From Octopus sinensis (taxonomy: Eukaryota): a stretch of 64,000 nt of DNA. The notes beneath the pieces were generated by a model. That model did no database searches. It was not told the DNA's origin and saw only the letters and a program-made list of their open reading frames with translations. Shown in pieces: positions 26,721 through 38,349 of the stretch (the stretch's first letter is position 1; every line of letters starts with the position of its first letter). The position numbers were made by a program, and so were the translations under genes. The stretch is taken from positions 117,180,001-117,244,000 of the forward strand of contig NC_043001.1 in NCBI RefSeq assembly GCF_006345805.1, in the 5' to 3' direction.

Positions 26721-29211
26721 TGTCATGTTACTAGTGTGCCGGTTAAAATGCACGACGTATAGCCAATGAGTTAAGGCACCCATACCTTCTGTTTCATCTT
26801 TAAACAGTTGCCTGGCATGAAACTTCGTTACTGCATCGATAATACAATGTTACAAGCGCATTGGCCATCATGGTTAAAGAGTATGGATAAATAGTACATG
26901 ACAAGAAAAAGATTGTAGAATGATTTAGTTATAATTTCTCTACACTTGTTTCAGTAACTGTCTGGGCAATTGTTGGACATTGTCTGCTGGAAAAACATAG
27001 TCATAGTAGGAACCGAAGTGTCTACTCGGACTGATTGTAACTGAGAGAACCCCGCCAAAGACACCAAAGGAGATCCTTTCTAGAGATGAAACGTATCCAG
27101 TACAGTTTGTAAATGTTTACTGAAGGAAAATATTTCAAAGCAGAACATACGAACGAAATATGAACCCCGAAATGGTCTCTCTTTACTAACAGAAATCGGG
27201 TACATGCTGTTAGAAACGATATGTATGCATCTGTTGCTGGGGTAACGTGTGAACACAACATTGACCTCTCTCTCTCGTCTTCTCTCTTTCTCTCCCTCTC
27301 TCTGTTTCTCTCTCTTTCTCTATCTCTCTCTCTGCAGCTTTTAGTTGAGTAAACTCTTTTAGTTGAGTAAGTCGATCATGTTGACATCGGCGACTTTTGT
27401 GCAACGCATATTTGTTTTCTATTTTTATAAAGGAGGTCGTAGCGAGGCGTCAGTTAAGTAAAATTATTATTTCTTTCTATTTTGGTTTCTGTTTCTATAT
27501 TATTACTATTGACCTGTTTCCTGTTGTTATCATAATGCCCATGTATAAAAGTCTCTAGCAGTCCCTCTTGACTATTAGAAATTTTTATAAATAGGCTTTA
27601 TAAATTGAACAAATGGCGAAAACCGATTCTCGACAAGTATGACAAATCATTGCTCGAACTCACCTACCAAAATTGAGACCGTTTTGTTCAGCTTACCAGC
27701 TGGTTATTCCCTACACTCAGAGCCATGAAAACCCCTTTTGCTACACCCCTCAAATCTAGAATCATACTAACATTCTCATGCTAGCCATCTGTCTTAGTTT
27801 GCAGGGTAAACTGCAACATCTATTCGCTTTGAAAAGTAGATACATTTCTAGAGAAGCATTGACCACAGGTCTGCTACATCAGAGCTAACCTGGGATTCAA
27901 CAGCGACGACTGCGACAACAGCAACAATGATACCGTCGATAATCTTGATGCGTAATTCTAACTTGTTCAGTTAAACCCGACTTCAAAGAGTGTTTCATCG
28001 TGTAGCTTCGTTCAACTCTTTAAGCAGTGGGAAGTTTGCATAATTGATGAGTGTGTTCAATGATCTAAAGTGTTGAAAAAATCAATAAGATTAATCAGTA
28101 GATGAAGGGATCTGAAAACTATATCCATCACACTTGCAAAGATAAATATTTAGTTATTGAACTTGAAGCTAAAACGAGCTGAGGAGATCTAAAAATATGA
28201 AGAATTAGTTATATACGATGTATTTGCCGCTGATTCTTGTTGCTATATATATGTATATTATATAAATAACAAATACATACATTTTTTTATATTTACACCT
28301 CAACCAAAACATGCATGGGAATCAAACATTCGCAGCCATTTTTAAGTATGCCTTTCTGCAAATCTTTGCTAAGAGTAAATCTACATAGCAACATATCAGC
28401 AATCATTTATCTCTTTTATTTTTTATCCTTCTGCTTGGATGTATAAACCATTTTTTTTATTTCCTTATGTATTTATTTATTCATTTATTCATTTATTTAT
28501 TTTATTTTTCCTTATAATTAAACTCAAAAGACTAATCTATTATGCTTTGTCATAACCAACAACTAAAATACACAGGCACACTGGCTCCCACACATTTTCC
28601 TCTCAGAGCCTCGTTCGAAGTACTTATAGAGGTTGTGGAACGAATTTTCAAGCATACGCCCACTCACGGTAGCAAAACCAAGTTTAATTCAAGTCAATGC
28701 TCAAGGTTCTTGTTGTTTACAACGGCGAATGAATTCAGCAAAGAGTCAGCGGCCATTCATTAAACCTACAAATAGAGCGAGGTCTCATTAAAGCTATTGA
28801 GTCCAGTATTGTTGACTTCTGGTAACCCCTGTACACTGCTGTCTCTCTTAGACAGAGGGCTTTGTCTTTCATTTGATCCTCGGATACCCAGGTGAAAGAA
28901 GCAAGGACTATTTAAGGTTGCTTAAATCAGTCCTAACTGGTCGCATTTTCTGACAGATGCATGCCATCCAGTTGTTTAATTCCATGATCAACCCAGATCA
29001 AAGTGTTATATGATCAACGGTGCCGATCAACAAACAATTCTGTTCGCCGAACGGTTCTATTTGCCGAAAGCATAAACAAAGCCAACGGCTTTAGTTAGTC
29101 TGAAAGTCTGGCTACTTCAGGCAGACGAGGCACAGCAGACGAGGCACTGGTGTTCCCGAATGTCGTGCGTCAATGAGACGAGTGTGCCGAACATACTGTT
29201 TCTCTTTTCTC

Positions 29212-29608
29212 TTTCTCTTTTACTTGTTTCAGTCATTTGACTGCGGCCATGCTGGAGCACTGCCTTTAGTCGAGCAAATCGACTCCGGGACTTATTCTTT
29301 GTAAGCCCAGTACTTATTCTATCGGTCTCTTTTGCCAAACTGCTAAGTGACGGGGACGTAAACACACCAGCATCGGTCGTCAAGCAATGCTAGGGGGACA
29401 AACACAGACACACAAACACACACATATATATATATATATATATACATATATACGACAGGCTTCTTTCAGTTTCCGTCTACCAAATCCACTCACAAGGCAT
29501 TGGTCGGCCCGGGGCTATAGCAGAAGACACTTGCCCAAGATGCCACGCAGTGGGATTGAACCCGGAACCATGTGGTTGGTTAGCAAGCTACTTACCACAC
29601 AGCCACTC
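29212..29608 (-). mobile_element. SINE family A
   Basis: Full-length match to the other copies. Confidence 0.85.
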
Positions 29609-30008
29609 CAAAGGATAAGGTATTCTCCTAAGACATACACTGCAGTGCACAGCATAATATGCACGCTCCCATGCAGACACACACACACTCACATAATCTC
29701 TATATTTACACACATGATTGACCACACTCACATGTACATGCGCATACCCATACACACATTTACACACACACACACGCACATACACACACACACACATGCA
29801 CACACACAACACACACACACATACACACACACATACACACACACACACACACACACAACACACACCTATTTCAGGTCACTGTTGCCTACTTTGTTACATA
29901 CACTTTCAGTTATTTCTTCTCTTCCAGTCAGTCCAGTAACCATTAATTCCGACAGGTTTTTTTCTCCGCCATTTTTGTTCTCTCTCCATCTCCTCTCTCA
30001 CCCCGTTC

Positions 30009-30044
30009 CTTTCTGTAGAAGAGCGTTGGCTCGAAACATTAAAG
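30009..30044 (+). ncRNA. Degenerate compact hammerhead motif (GAGC/GCTC family)
   Basis: CTTT CTGTAGA A GAGC GTTG GCTC GAAA CA TT AAAG; core mutated relative to the 53341 copy. Confidence 0.4.
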
Positions 30045-30483
30045 CCTTCTTCCATTTTTTCCAGAGCGTTAAACTAATACACTCTGTTTGTTTTTCTTTC
30101 ACCCGTCTTTGTATTTTTTGTATATTTTTAGATCATACATACATACAAACATGCACAGACGCATACACACGTACGTCCACACGCACACACATGTATATGT
30201 ACGTAGTGTCGGAATGAACGAACAATGCAATTTAATTCCCATATGTGTACTTATTTGTTGGGGTGGTGCACTAAACAAGCACTAACCGTTCTTTTATGCA
30301 AATATTTCGATACTGATATTAGAGCAAAAGATTAATTAATCAAATTGTAATCAGTTAAATCAATCACATTGCAAACTAAATTGATTATGTCTATCAACCT
30401 CAACAAAGACCAAAACGTTGACTCTTTACTATACATACTTGCATGTATACACACACATGTATATGTGTGTGTGTGTGTATACA

Positions 30484-30519
<36 letters not shown>

Positions 30520-30934
30520 TATTCATAAATATATATTTATACACACATGCATACATATATAAACATATATAGACATACGCGTACACACACATACATACAC
30601 ACGTATACTCATGCACACACACGCGCGCCAGCATATACTTATAGTTAATAGCATACAATGAGAATTTTCCTCTATCAGCCTATCAGGAAGTGGGTCTTAC
30701 ACATCCAAACATCTGTTATTATTCTCATTCTGTTTCAGATTTTCTAAGAAATAGATGATACGTTACAACAACTTAAGAACCTCGTTTATAAATCTTAACA
30801 AATGTCAGATCGTGATGCTCTACGTTTAGTCGTTGCTCTTACAAATTATTGACAAATCAGTTTGAGCGTAGGTTGTATGGGGCCTTATCTGTTTTATTGT
30901 TCCAACTTCTGATCTTCCTGGTGCGCCCTTTTCC

Positions 30935-31160
30935 TCCTTTATCTTTTAATTTGTTTCAGTTATTGGACTGCGGCCATGATGGGGCATCATTTTGAAGGAC
31001 TAAGTCGAATAAACCGAACACAGGACTTCTTTTTTTAAAAAAATCTTGCTACTTATTCTAGTGAACACTTTTGTAGAACTACTAATTTACGAGGACGTCA
31101 ACAAACCAATTCCGTTTGTGAAACAGTGCTGGAAGACAAACACAACACGAACGCAAACAC
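30935..31160 (-). mobile_element. SINE family A-like, diverged tail half
   Basis: TGTTTCAGTTATTGGACTGCGGCCATGATGGGGCA...CAGGACTT. Confidence 0.6.
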
Positions 31161-31557
31161 ACACATGCATATGTATGTATATGTATGTATGTATGTATGT
31201 GTTTATGTATGTATGTATGTATGTATGTATGTATGTATGTATGTATGTATGTATGTATTATGCATGTATGTATGTATGTATGTATGTATGTATTATGCAT
31301 GTATGTATGTATGTATGTATGTATGTATGTATGTATGTATGTACGTATGTATGTATTAGGTATGTATGTATGGATGCATGGATGGATGGATGGACGGATG
31401 GATGTATGCATGTATGTATGCATGTATGTATGTATGAGCGCACGTGGGTGCTGCGTATGCAGTATGCATGCATGTATATATATATATATATAAAACATTA
31501 TTGGTGAATTGAAGAAATGGAGCTGAACGCAGATTGAACAGAAATCGTTTTATTTCA

Positions 31558-31637
31558 TTCTACACGTGTTTCGAAAGGCACAAATTACCAAAATCCGATT
31601 GAATAATGGGACCATATTGTGTCTTTCTCTTCAGGAA
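31558..31637 (-). ncRNA. Intact type-I hammerhead ribozyme in the PLE 3' terminal repeat
   Basis: Minus strand: TTC CTGAAGA GAAAGACACAA...TTGTGCCTTTC GAAA CACGTG TA GAA; stem II 10 of 11 bp paired. Confidence 0.85.
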
Positions 31638-32300
31638 GAAAAAAGGAAATCCGCTGGAAAAACAAAAACAGAACAGAGGCTGAGCAAAAACAAATCGAAC
31701 TATGCTCCTAAGAGCCCATGGCGAAACTGTTTATCAGTGTATGTTGAGAACCGGTGGCTGAAGAATTCAACGGGTCAGGCATCGGTCAATCATGTGGGTG
31801 AGGGTGTATAGATGTTCTTTGTGACCGAGAATAAAGTTCTGACTATTTAAGGAATATTGGATGTTTTATAAGGGGCGAGAAAAAATCTACTTAGAGACGT
31901 GTGTGTGTGTATACTGTTCTATATATGTGTGTGTTGGCGTAGGGGTAGAAAACATTTTTTGTGTACGTGTGTGCGTTTGATCGTTCGGCTGTCAGTGGCT
32001 ACTGCCGTGATAACCGTTGGGTGGCAGAAAGAAAAAAATATATATATATTATGTTTTATGTGTGTGTGTGTTCATCTAAGCCTGCCTTGTCAAGGAAACC
32101 CCCCGCTGTGAAAAACCAAGCCCCGTTTGTCTTACAGGAGTAATTCTCCTTGCAGTGGTTAATCGTAGATATCTTAAAGGCTATTTCAGAATTTGTTACC
32201 AAGGGCTATGGGTGCCGGTATTATTTATAAACGCTATTTGAAAGCCAGATAAGTGTAACGCCGCCAATGGGGCATCGAAAAGCCGACTGTAAGAGCCCGT

Positions 32301-32720
32301 TTACCACCGGCCTCTGGCAAACAAAATATGGAAGAGTTCGGAGACACAAAGGTTGCACTGTCTTCTGCCCCTATCAAATGGGAGGGCCACCGACAAAATT
32401 GACCATTCCAGCCTATAGCTTAAGTTCGTATCCTTCAGTCGCCATATTAGCTTACTGAGTCCCGTGGTCTGGCGCTTGTTCACGTCCCGAAAAGTTGCGT
32501 AATGGTTGGAGACACGCAAAGACAATCTTGAGGATGATGCCCCTACATAAGTGAAGACATCTGAGTCCGTGTAAACCTTGCATTGGTAGACGGCGTTTTT
32601 GATCTTGGAGTTCGCCGACGTGAATCTTAATCTGCTAGGATTAGTTTCTGAAATTAGAACTGCGTTCCTGTCACTATATTCGTTCCGAGACCTGCTGCCG
32701 CTTACTACTCTATTTTCCAC
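32301..32720 (-). pseudogene. PLE GIY-YIG endonuclease domain
   Basis: NAVYQCKV...TYVGAS...RVSNHYATF...TGLSKLIWRLK...CNLCVSE: GIY/YIG, R, H and CxxC...E motifs. Confidence 0.85.
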
Positions 32721-33399
32721 TACGTCACTATTAACTATAGGAATAACCCCTGATTCTCCCTATCTATCAGAGTGCTGTCATTGCTACTGCCCGTGGTGCT
32801 GCTATTGCGGGAATGATGCTGGGGATGCTATTGGGGCTCTCTACCCTACTCCCATTATTACCGTCAACCACAACACCCCTATTTATAACTATACCCCTAG
32901 TGGGTACTCCCTGGCTGGAGCTGAGATTATGTGTCACTGTACTGGCTCTCATATCATTATTACTACTATAATTATTCTTACTGAGCATTAAACCGGGAGC
33001 GGAAGAGGCTGTGCCTCCAGAAAAGGTGATAGGGTCTTAGTAAGTAGCCTATTATTATGGGAGGCGATTATCTGGGCGAGGTTTTTAGTGTTGGAGAAAG
33101 CTATCCTAACTTTATGTGCGAGTTAACCGTGGAGTATATTTGGAATTTCTGGGGAAGTTATTGGCGATGGCTTGTCTAAACATGAGGGGGAGATTAGTTC
33201 TAATCTGCTTACCAAAGGGGATTACAAACCATATATGCTTATTCCTATCAGTGTGATGGGTCGGGACGCCAGCTCTCGCATTCGGGTGGGTGATTCTCGG
33301 ATGAATAACGGGTCTTGGGTTAGTGTAAGACCTCCCGGACCGATAATTATCCTTGTTCGCTAAATTAAAAGCGGGAGCGACTACCCCGGCATCCGCCGC

Positions 33400-34280
33400 G
33401 CTCCCGTCCTTACTTAAAATGTTAATGTTATATATACGGCCCTATCCTGATGACCGAATGATGGCATCGGAAGGGCCGAATCAATATAAATTACCTTCTG
33501 CCTATAACCGGCCTTGGATAGTGCGGCGTTATAAAATTCCGCTTTCTGCATAAAAATATCGGCACTGGCGGACAAGCCAGACAATCTTAGAGAAATGTTT
33601 TAACCAAATTGTCTGTTACGGTTTTGGCATGATTTGAGAAGACACTGACATACTTCAAATTAGTGGAGGCTTATGGTAAGGGCAGTATGAGTCGCTATTA
33701 AGGTTAAGTGTAACGTCTAGGAAATTAGCCTTGGTGAGTTCATTATCAAAAACTATACTCATGCCCATTCTATTAAAAAACCTAGCTAACCTGCTCTTAG
33801 TTTTCTGCACTATTCTGTTCGTGGTGTTTTGCAGGTAAAACAGACAATCGTCACGATACAGGCCGCCCGCGATTTCCGGGAATTGGTCGGACAATTCGTA
33901 GAGAATATATATTCCGACCAAATCGGCTATCTGCGCACTATCCGAACTACCCATAGGCACATCAAATTCATTGGGAGTATCTTTACGGATCCACAACTTA
34001 TTATCAAACTTAATAAACGATTTCCTGGCAACTAAAATGATATCTATCTCTTCTCTGGTGAGGCCAGCCTTGTTGTGAGCGTGCCAGAGGGCCTTATTTA
34101 GCACACTAGGGTTAATCGAGGGGTAGAAGCTGGCGATATCAAACTGAATGAACCTAGTACGGTTCTTATTGGGGATGGAAGAGAACCACTTCACTACCTG
34201 CGAGGAGTTGGCCCAGAGGCTGAGCTTCAGCTTGTTTACTAAACTAGGGATATATTTATCTAAAATGTACTTACTGACTA
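33400..34280 (-). pseudogene. PLE reverse transcriptase (palm and thumb), frameshifted
   Basis: FIQFDIASFYPSI, VPMGSSDSAQIADLVG, GLYRDD, NFLDVTL; continues after frameshifts as LKYVSVFSNH...YNAALSKAGY. Confidence 0.9.
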
Positions 34281-34477
34281 TCTGTTCAATCTGCGTTCAG
34301 CTCCATTTCTTCAATTCACCAATAATGTTTTAATTTCATTATTCCCACCAACGCACGGTTGCAACGCCAGATGGTTGTACCTCCAACCGTGCTGTTTACT
34401 GCTGTGATTTTTGCTACTAAGGTATCGGTTAAACTTTTGATTAATCTACTACAAGATTATTCATCTTTCTATTTCAC

Positions 34478-34520
<43 letters not shown>

Positions 34521-34674
34521 TTTGGTACGTTGATGGGTTTCGTCCAGTATTGGCCCAGGCCACGTATAACTTAATAGCACCACCTGGCAAAGTCATTCAA
34601 ATCAGGAATCGGACAACATGGCCCATTCGAGGAGAGAGTTATTGTTTATGGAGACATATTCGGGTGTAGGAGGT

Positions 34675-35692
34675 TTATCCGGGATTTTTTTGAAGAAATT
34701 TGTCCAAAGACTTCTTGAACTTAATGAGTTCTGTTTCTGCTTTAACGTGTTTAGGTGTAATGTTAAAGAGAGCGGAGCCAATTGAGGTGAAATAATTGTG
34801 CCGTATTGTTGTTATGTGATGCGAGTATGATTTATGTTGTGGACGGACAGCACGGGGTTCAAGTCCTGGGTGTATCTTAAAAGCGATGCCAACATCATTT
34901 GGGCAATGCTGATGGGATATTTTCCGCATCATGCAGATGATGTAGCGCTCACAGCGACGTTGGAGAGAATAAGGTTTGAACTTTTCTAGTCGACCCCAAC
35001 AGACCTGTCATGCTATTTATCTTTTTTGTAATTGACCTTTGAGGTGCTTCAATTTTCATGATACTTTGTTTCGTGTGGGGAGACCACAGTGGACAACAGT
35101 AATCAAGGTGGGGTGTGGCAAAAGTAGAGAAGAGAAGGATAAAAGTGTGGATATCTCTCGACTGGGAAGTTCTGAGAATCCAGGAACACATTCTGCGGGC
35201 CATGTCATCTTTGCTGTTTATATGAGCGGCCCAGCTTATATTGACCACAATTACTTCCAAGTCTCAGATGTTGTTGGATGCCATGAGAATTTCACCTGAA
35301 GGAAGGGAGTATGGGAGTTTCAGGATATCCTCTTTTCCGAAGTGGATCAACTTAAATTGTCCTCGTTCAGCAGTATATCATTCATTTCCGCCCATTGGAT
35401 GACAGCCAGTAGATCTGACTGAAGGCATGCCTGGTCACCCACTTCATTGATGACTTTCTGTATCTTGAAATCATCTGCAAAGATTGTTATGTTACCGTGC
35501 TTGTTGATATCAGTAATGTCATTGATGTAGAATCTATATTGTAGATGATGAAAAGAAGTGGGCCCAACACAATGCCTTGTGGAGTACCATTACTGACTTT
35601 GGCTAGGATTAATTTTACTCCTTCGACTACAACATGTTGGGTTCTGCCTGTCAGGAAACACGATCCATTGTAGTAACTTTCCAGAGGCACCA

Positions 35693-35757
<65 letters not shown>

Positions 35758-35791
35758 CGTATATATATACATACATACATACATACATACA

Positions 35792-35827
<36 letters not shown>

Positions 35828-35900
35828 TATATAATATTCAAAACATTTTGATTCGGATTCCATGCTACTTCAAGTGTCGAAGGCCCTAACGGAGTTTTTC
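34675..35900 (-). mobile_element. CR1/L2-group LINE RT fragment interrupted by microsatellite
   Basis: NQNVLNIIY, GTPQGIVLGPLLFIIY, IFADD, PHLDYCCPLWSP, KKSLDKFL motifs in order on the minus strand. Confidence 0.8.
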
Positions 35901-36084
35901 TTGTCAAGACAGTAATAATTCAAATGGCCAGAGAGGTCGATAGATGGGTTGCAACTGGTCAAGGAAGGTCATGTGATGTCACGGTTGATAGTATTTTGCC
36001 ACATGGTTGTACAGGAAATTGGTGGCGATAGTAAGCCTGAATAAAAGATTCAGTAGGGCATATGAGCTTCTTTTTATGAAAGTG

Positions 36085-36122
<38 letters not shown>

Positions 36123-36235
36123 ATATATATTATATATATATATATATGTATGTATGTATTATGTATGTATGTATGTATGTATGTATGTATGTGTGTATGT
36201 ACGTACGTGTGTGCGCACACATACATAAATACATA

Positions 36236-36445
36236 TATATCCGGCTACACAAAGCCGGATTTCACGGGAGAGCTGCAATCAGAAAACCACCGCTTTCAAA
36301 AACAAACGTTGCAAAGCGTTTAGAAGGGAGTAAAAACCTACAGAATTGGTCCCTAGAGCAGTGGAAGAATATTATTTACTCGGACAACCATCCTTTACCT
36401 TATTTCCGACCACTGGCCGAGTATACGTGTGGAGACAGGCAAAAT
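36236..36445 (+). mobile_element. Tc1-family transposase fragment
   Basis: RLHKAGFHGRAAIRKPPLSKTNVAKRL...WSLEQWKNIIYSD: HTH-linker and first catalytic Asp region. Confidence 0.75.
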
Positions 36446-36580
36446 AAGCTAAGTTATGATTTTATTTTTCATTAATATTATTATATTTTTTCGATTATTT
36501 AGTGCTAAGATATGTATATTTCTATATTTATTTGTTAATTTATTATATGTTTAGATACATACATTTATTTTACTATTATT

Positions 36581-36705
36581 TCAGACCTGAAGAGTGGCTA
36601 TATTTTTAAATTGAATAAATGTTAAATCAAATTAATTTTAACAGTATCGATTTTATTATTTTATTATTATCGATTTAAAGATATAGTCACGAAACGCGCG
36701 TACTC
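36581..36705 (+). ncRNA. Hammerhead motif with 10-bp stem II and a large branched insert; stem I decayed
   Basis: CTGAAGA GTGGCTATAT...ATATAGTCAC GAAA CGCGCG TA. Confidence 0.65.
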
Positions 36706-36837
36706 AATTTAATGTTTATTTAACTTAGTGATTTTTTGAATAATATTTATTATATATATATTTAAATTTTTTCTATATGGTGTGGATAATGTCTTTCACT
36801 ATTGAATTGCTTAATAGAGGTTATCTCTCTTAATTTG

Positions 36838-36857
<20 letters not shown>

Positions 36858-36869
<12 letters not shown>

Positions 36870-37189
36870 AAGGAAATGAAGAAAATGCTGACAAATAATT
36901 GAAGTAATTTAAGTAATTTAATTAGGTGAAAGTTCTTTTTACCGGTTGCGCATTGTTATGCTTATCAAAATATAAAAGAGAGATTAGAGTTCCTTTCTTA
37001 TAGAATTTTTCCTCTTATCTGACAGTCAGATAAGAGGAAAAATTCTATAAGAAAGGAACTCTAATCTCTCTTTTATATTTTGATAAGCATAACAAATGCG
37101 CAACCGGTAAAAAGAACTTTCACCTAATTAAATTACTTAAATTACTTCAATTATTTGTCAGCATTTTCTTCATTTCCTTTTTTATATAT
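36858..37189. repeat. Near-perfect 332-bp palindrome with 1-nt centre
   Basis: ...CTCTTATCTGAC A GTCAGATAAGAG..., centre at 37024; only a 1-nt bulge and a poly-A length difference. Confidence 0.95.
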
Positions 37190-37218
37190 CACCACTCGTG
37201 TTCGACATCTCCTTTTTT

Positions 37219-37255
<37 letters not shown>

Positions 37256-37916
37256 TGCTTCAAACTCTGCCTATCAAATTCACTTACAAGGCTTTGGTTG
37301 TCCAATGTGGTGTACAGCGGGACAGAACTCGAAACCATGCGGTTGGGAGGCAATCTTCTTACCACACATCAATGCCTGCACCCGTTTCTTCATACTTTTA
37401 TTTTTCTTGTTTCTTTCTTCTTTTCTACTTTTTTGACTTATATTTTTCTTTGGGAGATAATTATTTTTGTTATTGTTATTGTTGTTTTCATCCGATATCA
37501 AAGTAGCATTGTTGGAAAATCACTGTATTAATTAATCCCCATAGACACTAGTAATTTTACTTTTATGATTATTTTGGAATCATGATGATATACATCTCGG
37601 AGATGTACTTGCTCAGCAAGAGTTTTGATCTGAGTCGTGTATTGAAACTAAAACAATTACAGAGTGGTGGACACCTAGCCATTTAGAAACACACAAAAAA
37701 GTTTTTGCGTGTCATTCTTCTTCGTCGGAAATCATGGAGTTTCACTTCATGTACCACATACAACTTACCTTCATATTGACCCTGTCTTTATCTAATCAAT
37801 TGGTCAGAGGATATGCATCTTCTCTCGCTGTCTTTCCCGACTACTTCTTTCTTTCAGTTTTCCGGTTGTCACTAAGCGTTCAAGGTTTCGTCTTCTCTCC
37901 TTTTGTGTCTTAGGGC

Positions 37917-38341
37917 CAGGGTCGGATAAGATCCATCGAGGCCCTAAGCACTTAAAAGATTTTGGTGCTCCCATAAAAGATTATGTAATTCAAAAAATAA
38001 ACAACAACAATCCATAAAATAGATTTTTATTTTTCAAAACGAAACAAAACAATAAGTGGGCAAATAATGTTTATTTTTATGTACTTCAACTTTATTTATA
38101 TTTGAAAAGTTTCCTCCTAACTTTTTGAATTGCAAGGTCTTTGGTCAGATACTCAAAACTTATCTTCGGTAATACATCTGCATCTATATTTAGTAGAGAT
38201 AAAGGCATCCCGAATATTATTTCATTAAGTTTAAAGTGGTTTCTTTTGTGCCGTAACCATTTACCATTTCTATGGTGCCTCTCTCCTTCCCTTGATGCCT
38301 TAAGCACGTGCTTATTTTGCTTAATGGTTAACCTAGCGCTG
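37917..38341. mobile_element. hAT-superfamily MITE with 8-bp TSD
   Basis: CAGGGTCGGATAA...TTAACCTAGCGCTG termini; CTTAGGGC duplicated at 37909-37916 and 38342-38349. Confidence 0.85.
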
Positions 38342-38349
38342 CTTAGGGC

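Larger units (their letters stand above)
31491..34455 (-). mobile_element. 5'-truncated Penelope-like retroelement (RT plus C-terminal GIY-YIG) with hammerhead-bearing 3' end and inverted terminal segment
   Basis: RT, thumb, IWFxxPF linker and GIY-YIG motifs in order on the minus strand; hammerhead at 31558-31637; perfect 52-bp inverted repeat 31491-31542 / 34281-34332; (TA)n at both ends. Confidence 0.9.

Noticed and set aside
29387-30217. 276-aa ORF and similar RRASFSFRLPNPLTRLWSARGYSRRHL peptides in several places
   Set aside because: Antisense reading of SINE family A plus microsatellite; recurrence reflects SINE copy number, not a gene family.
31640-32300. Possible SECIS element in the PLE 3' region
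   Set aside because: I could not identify a convincing AUGA/GA quartet stem by eye, nor an in-frame UGA at a conserved Cys.
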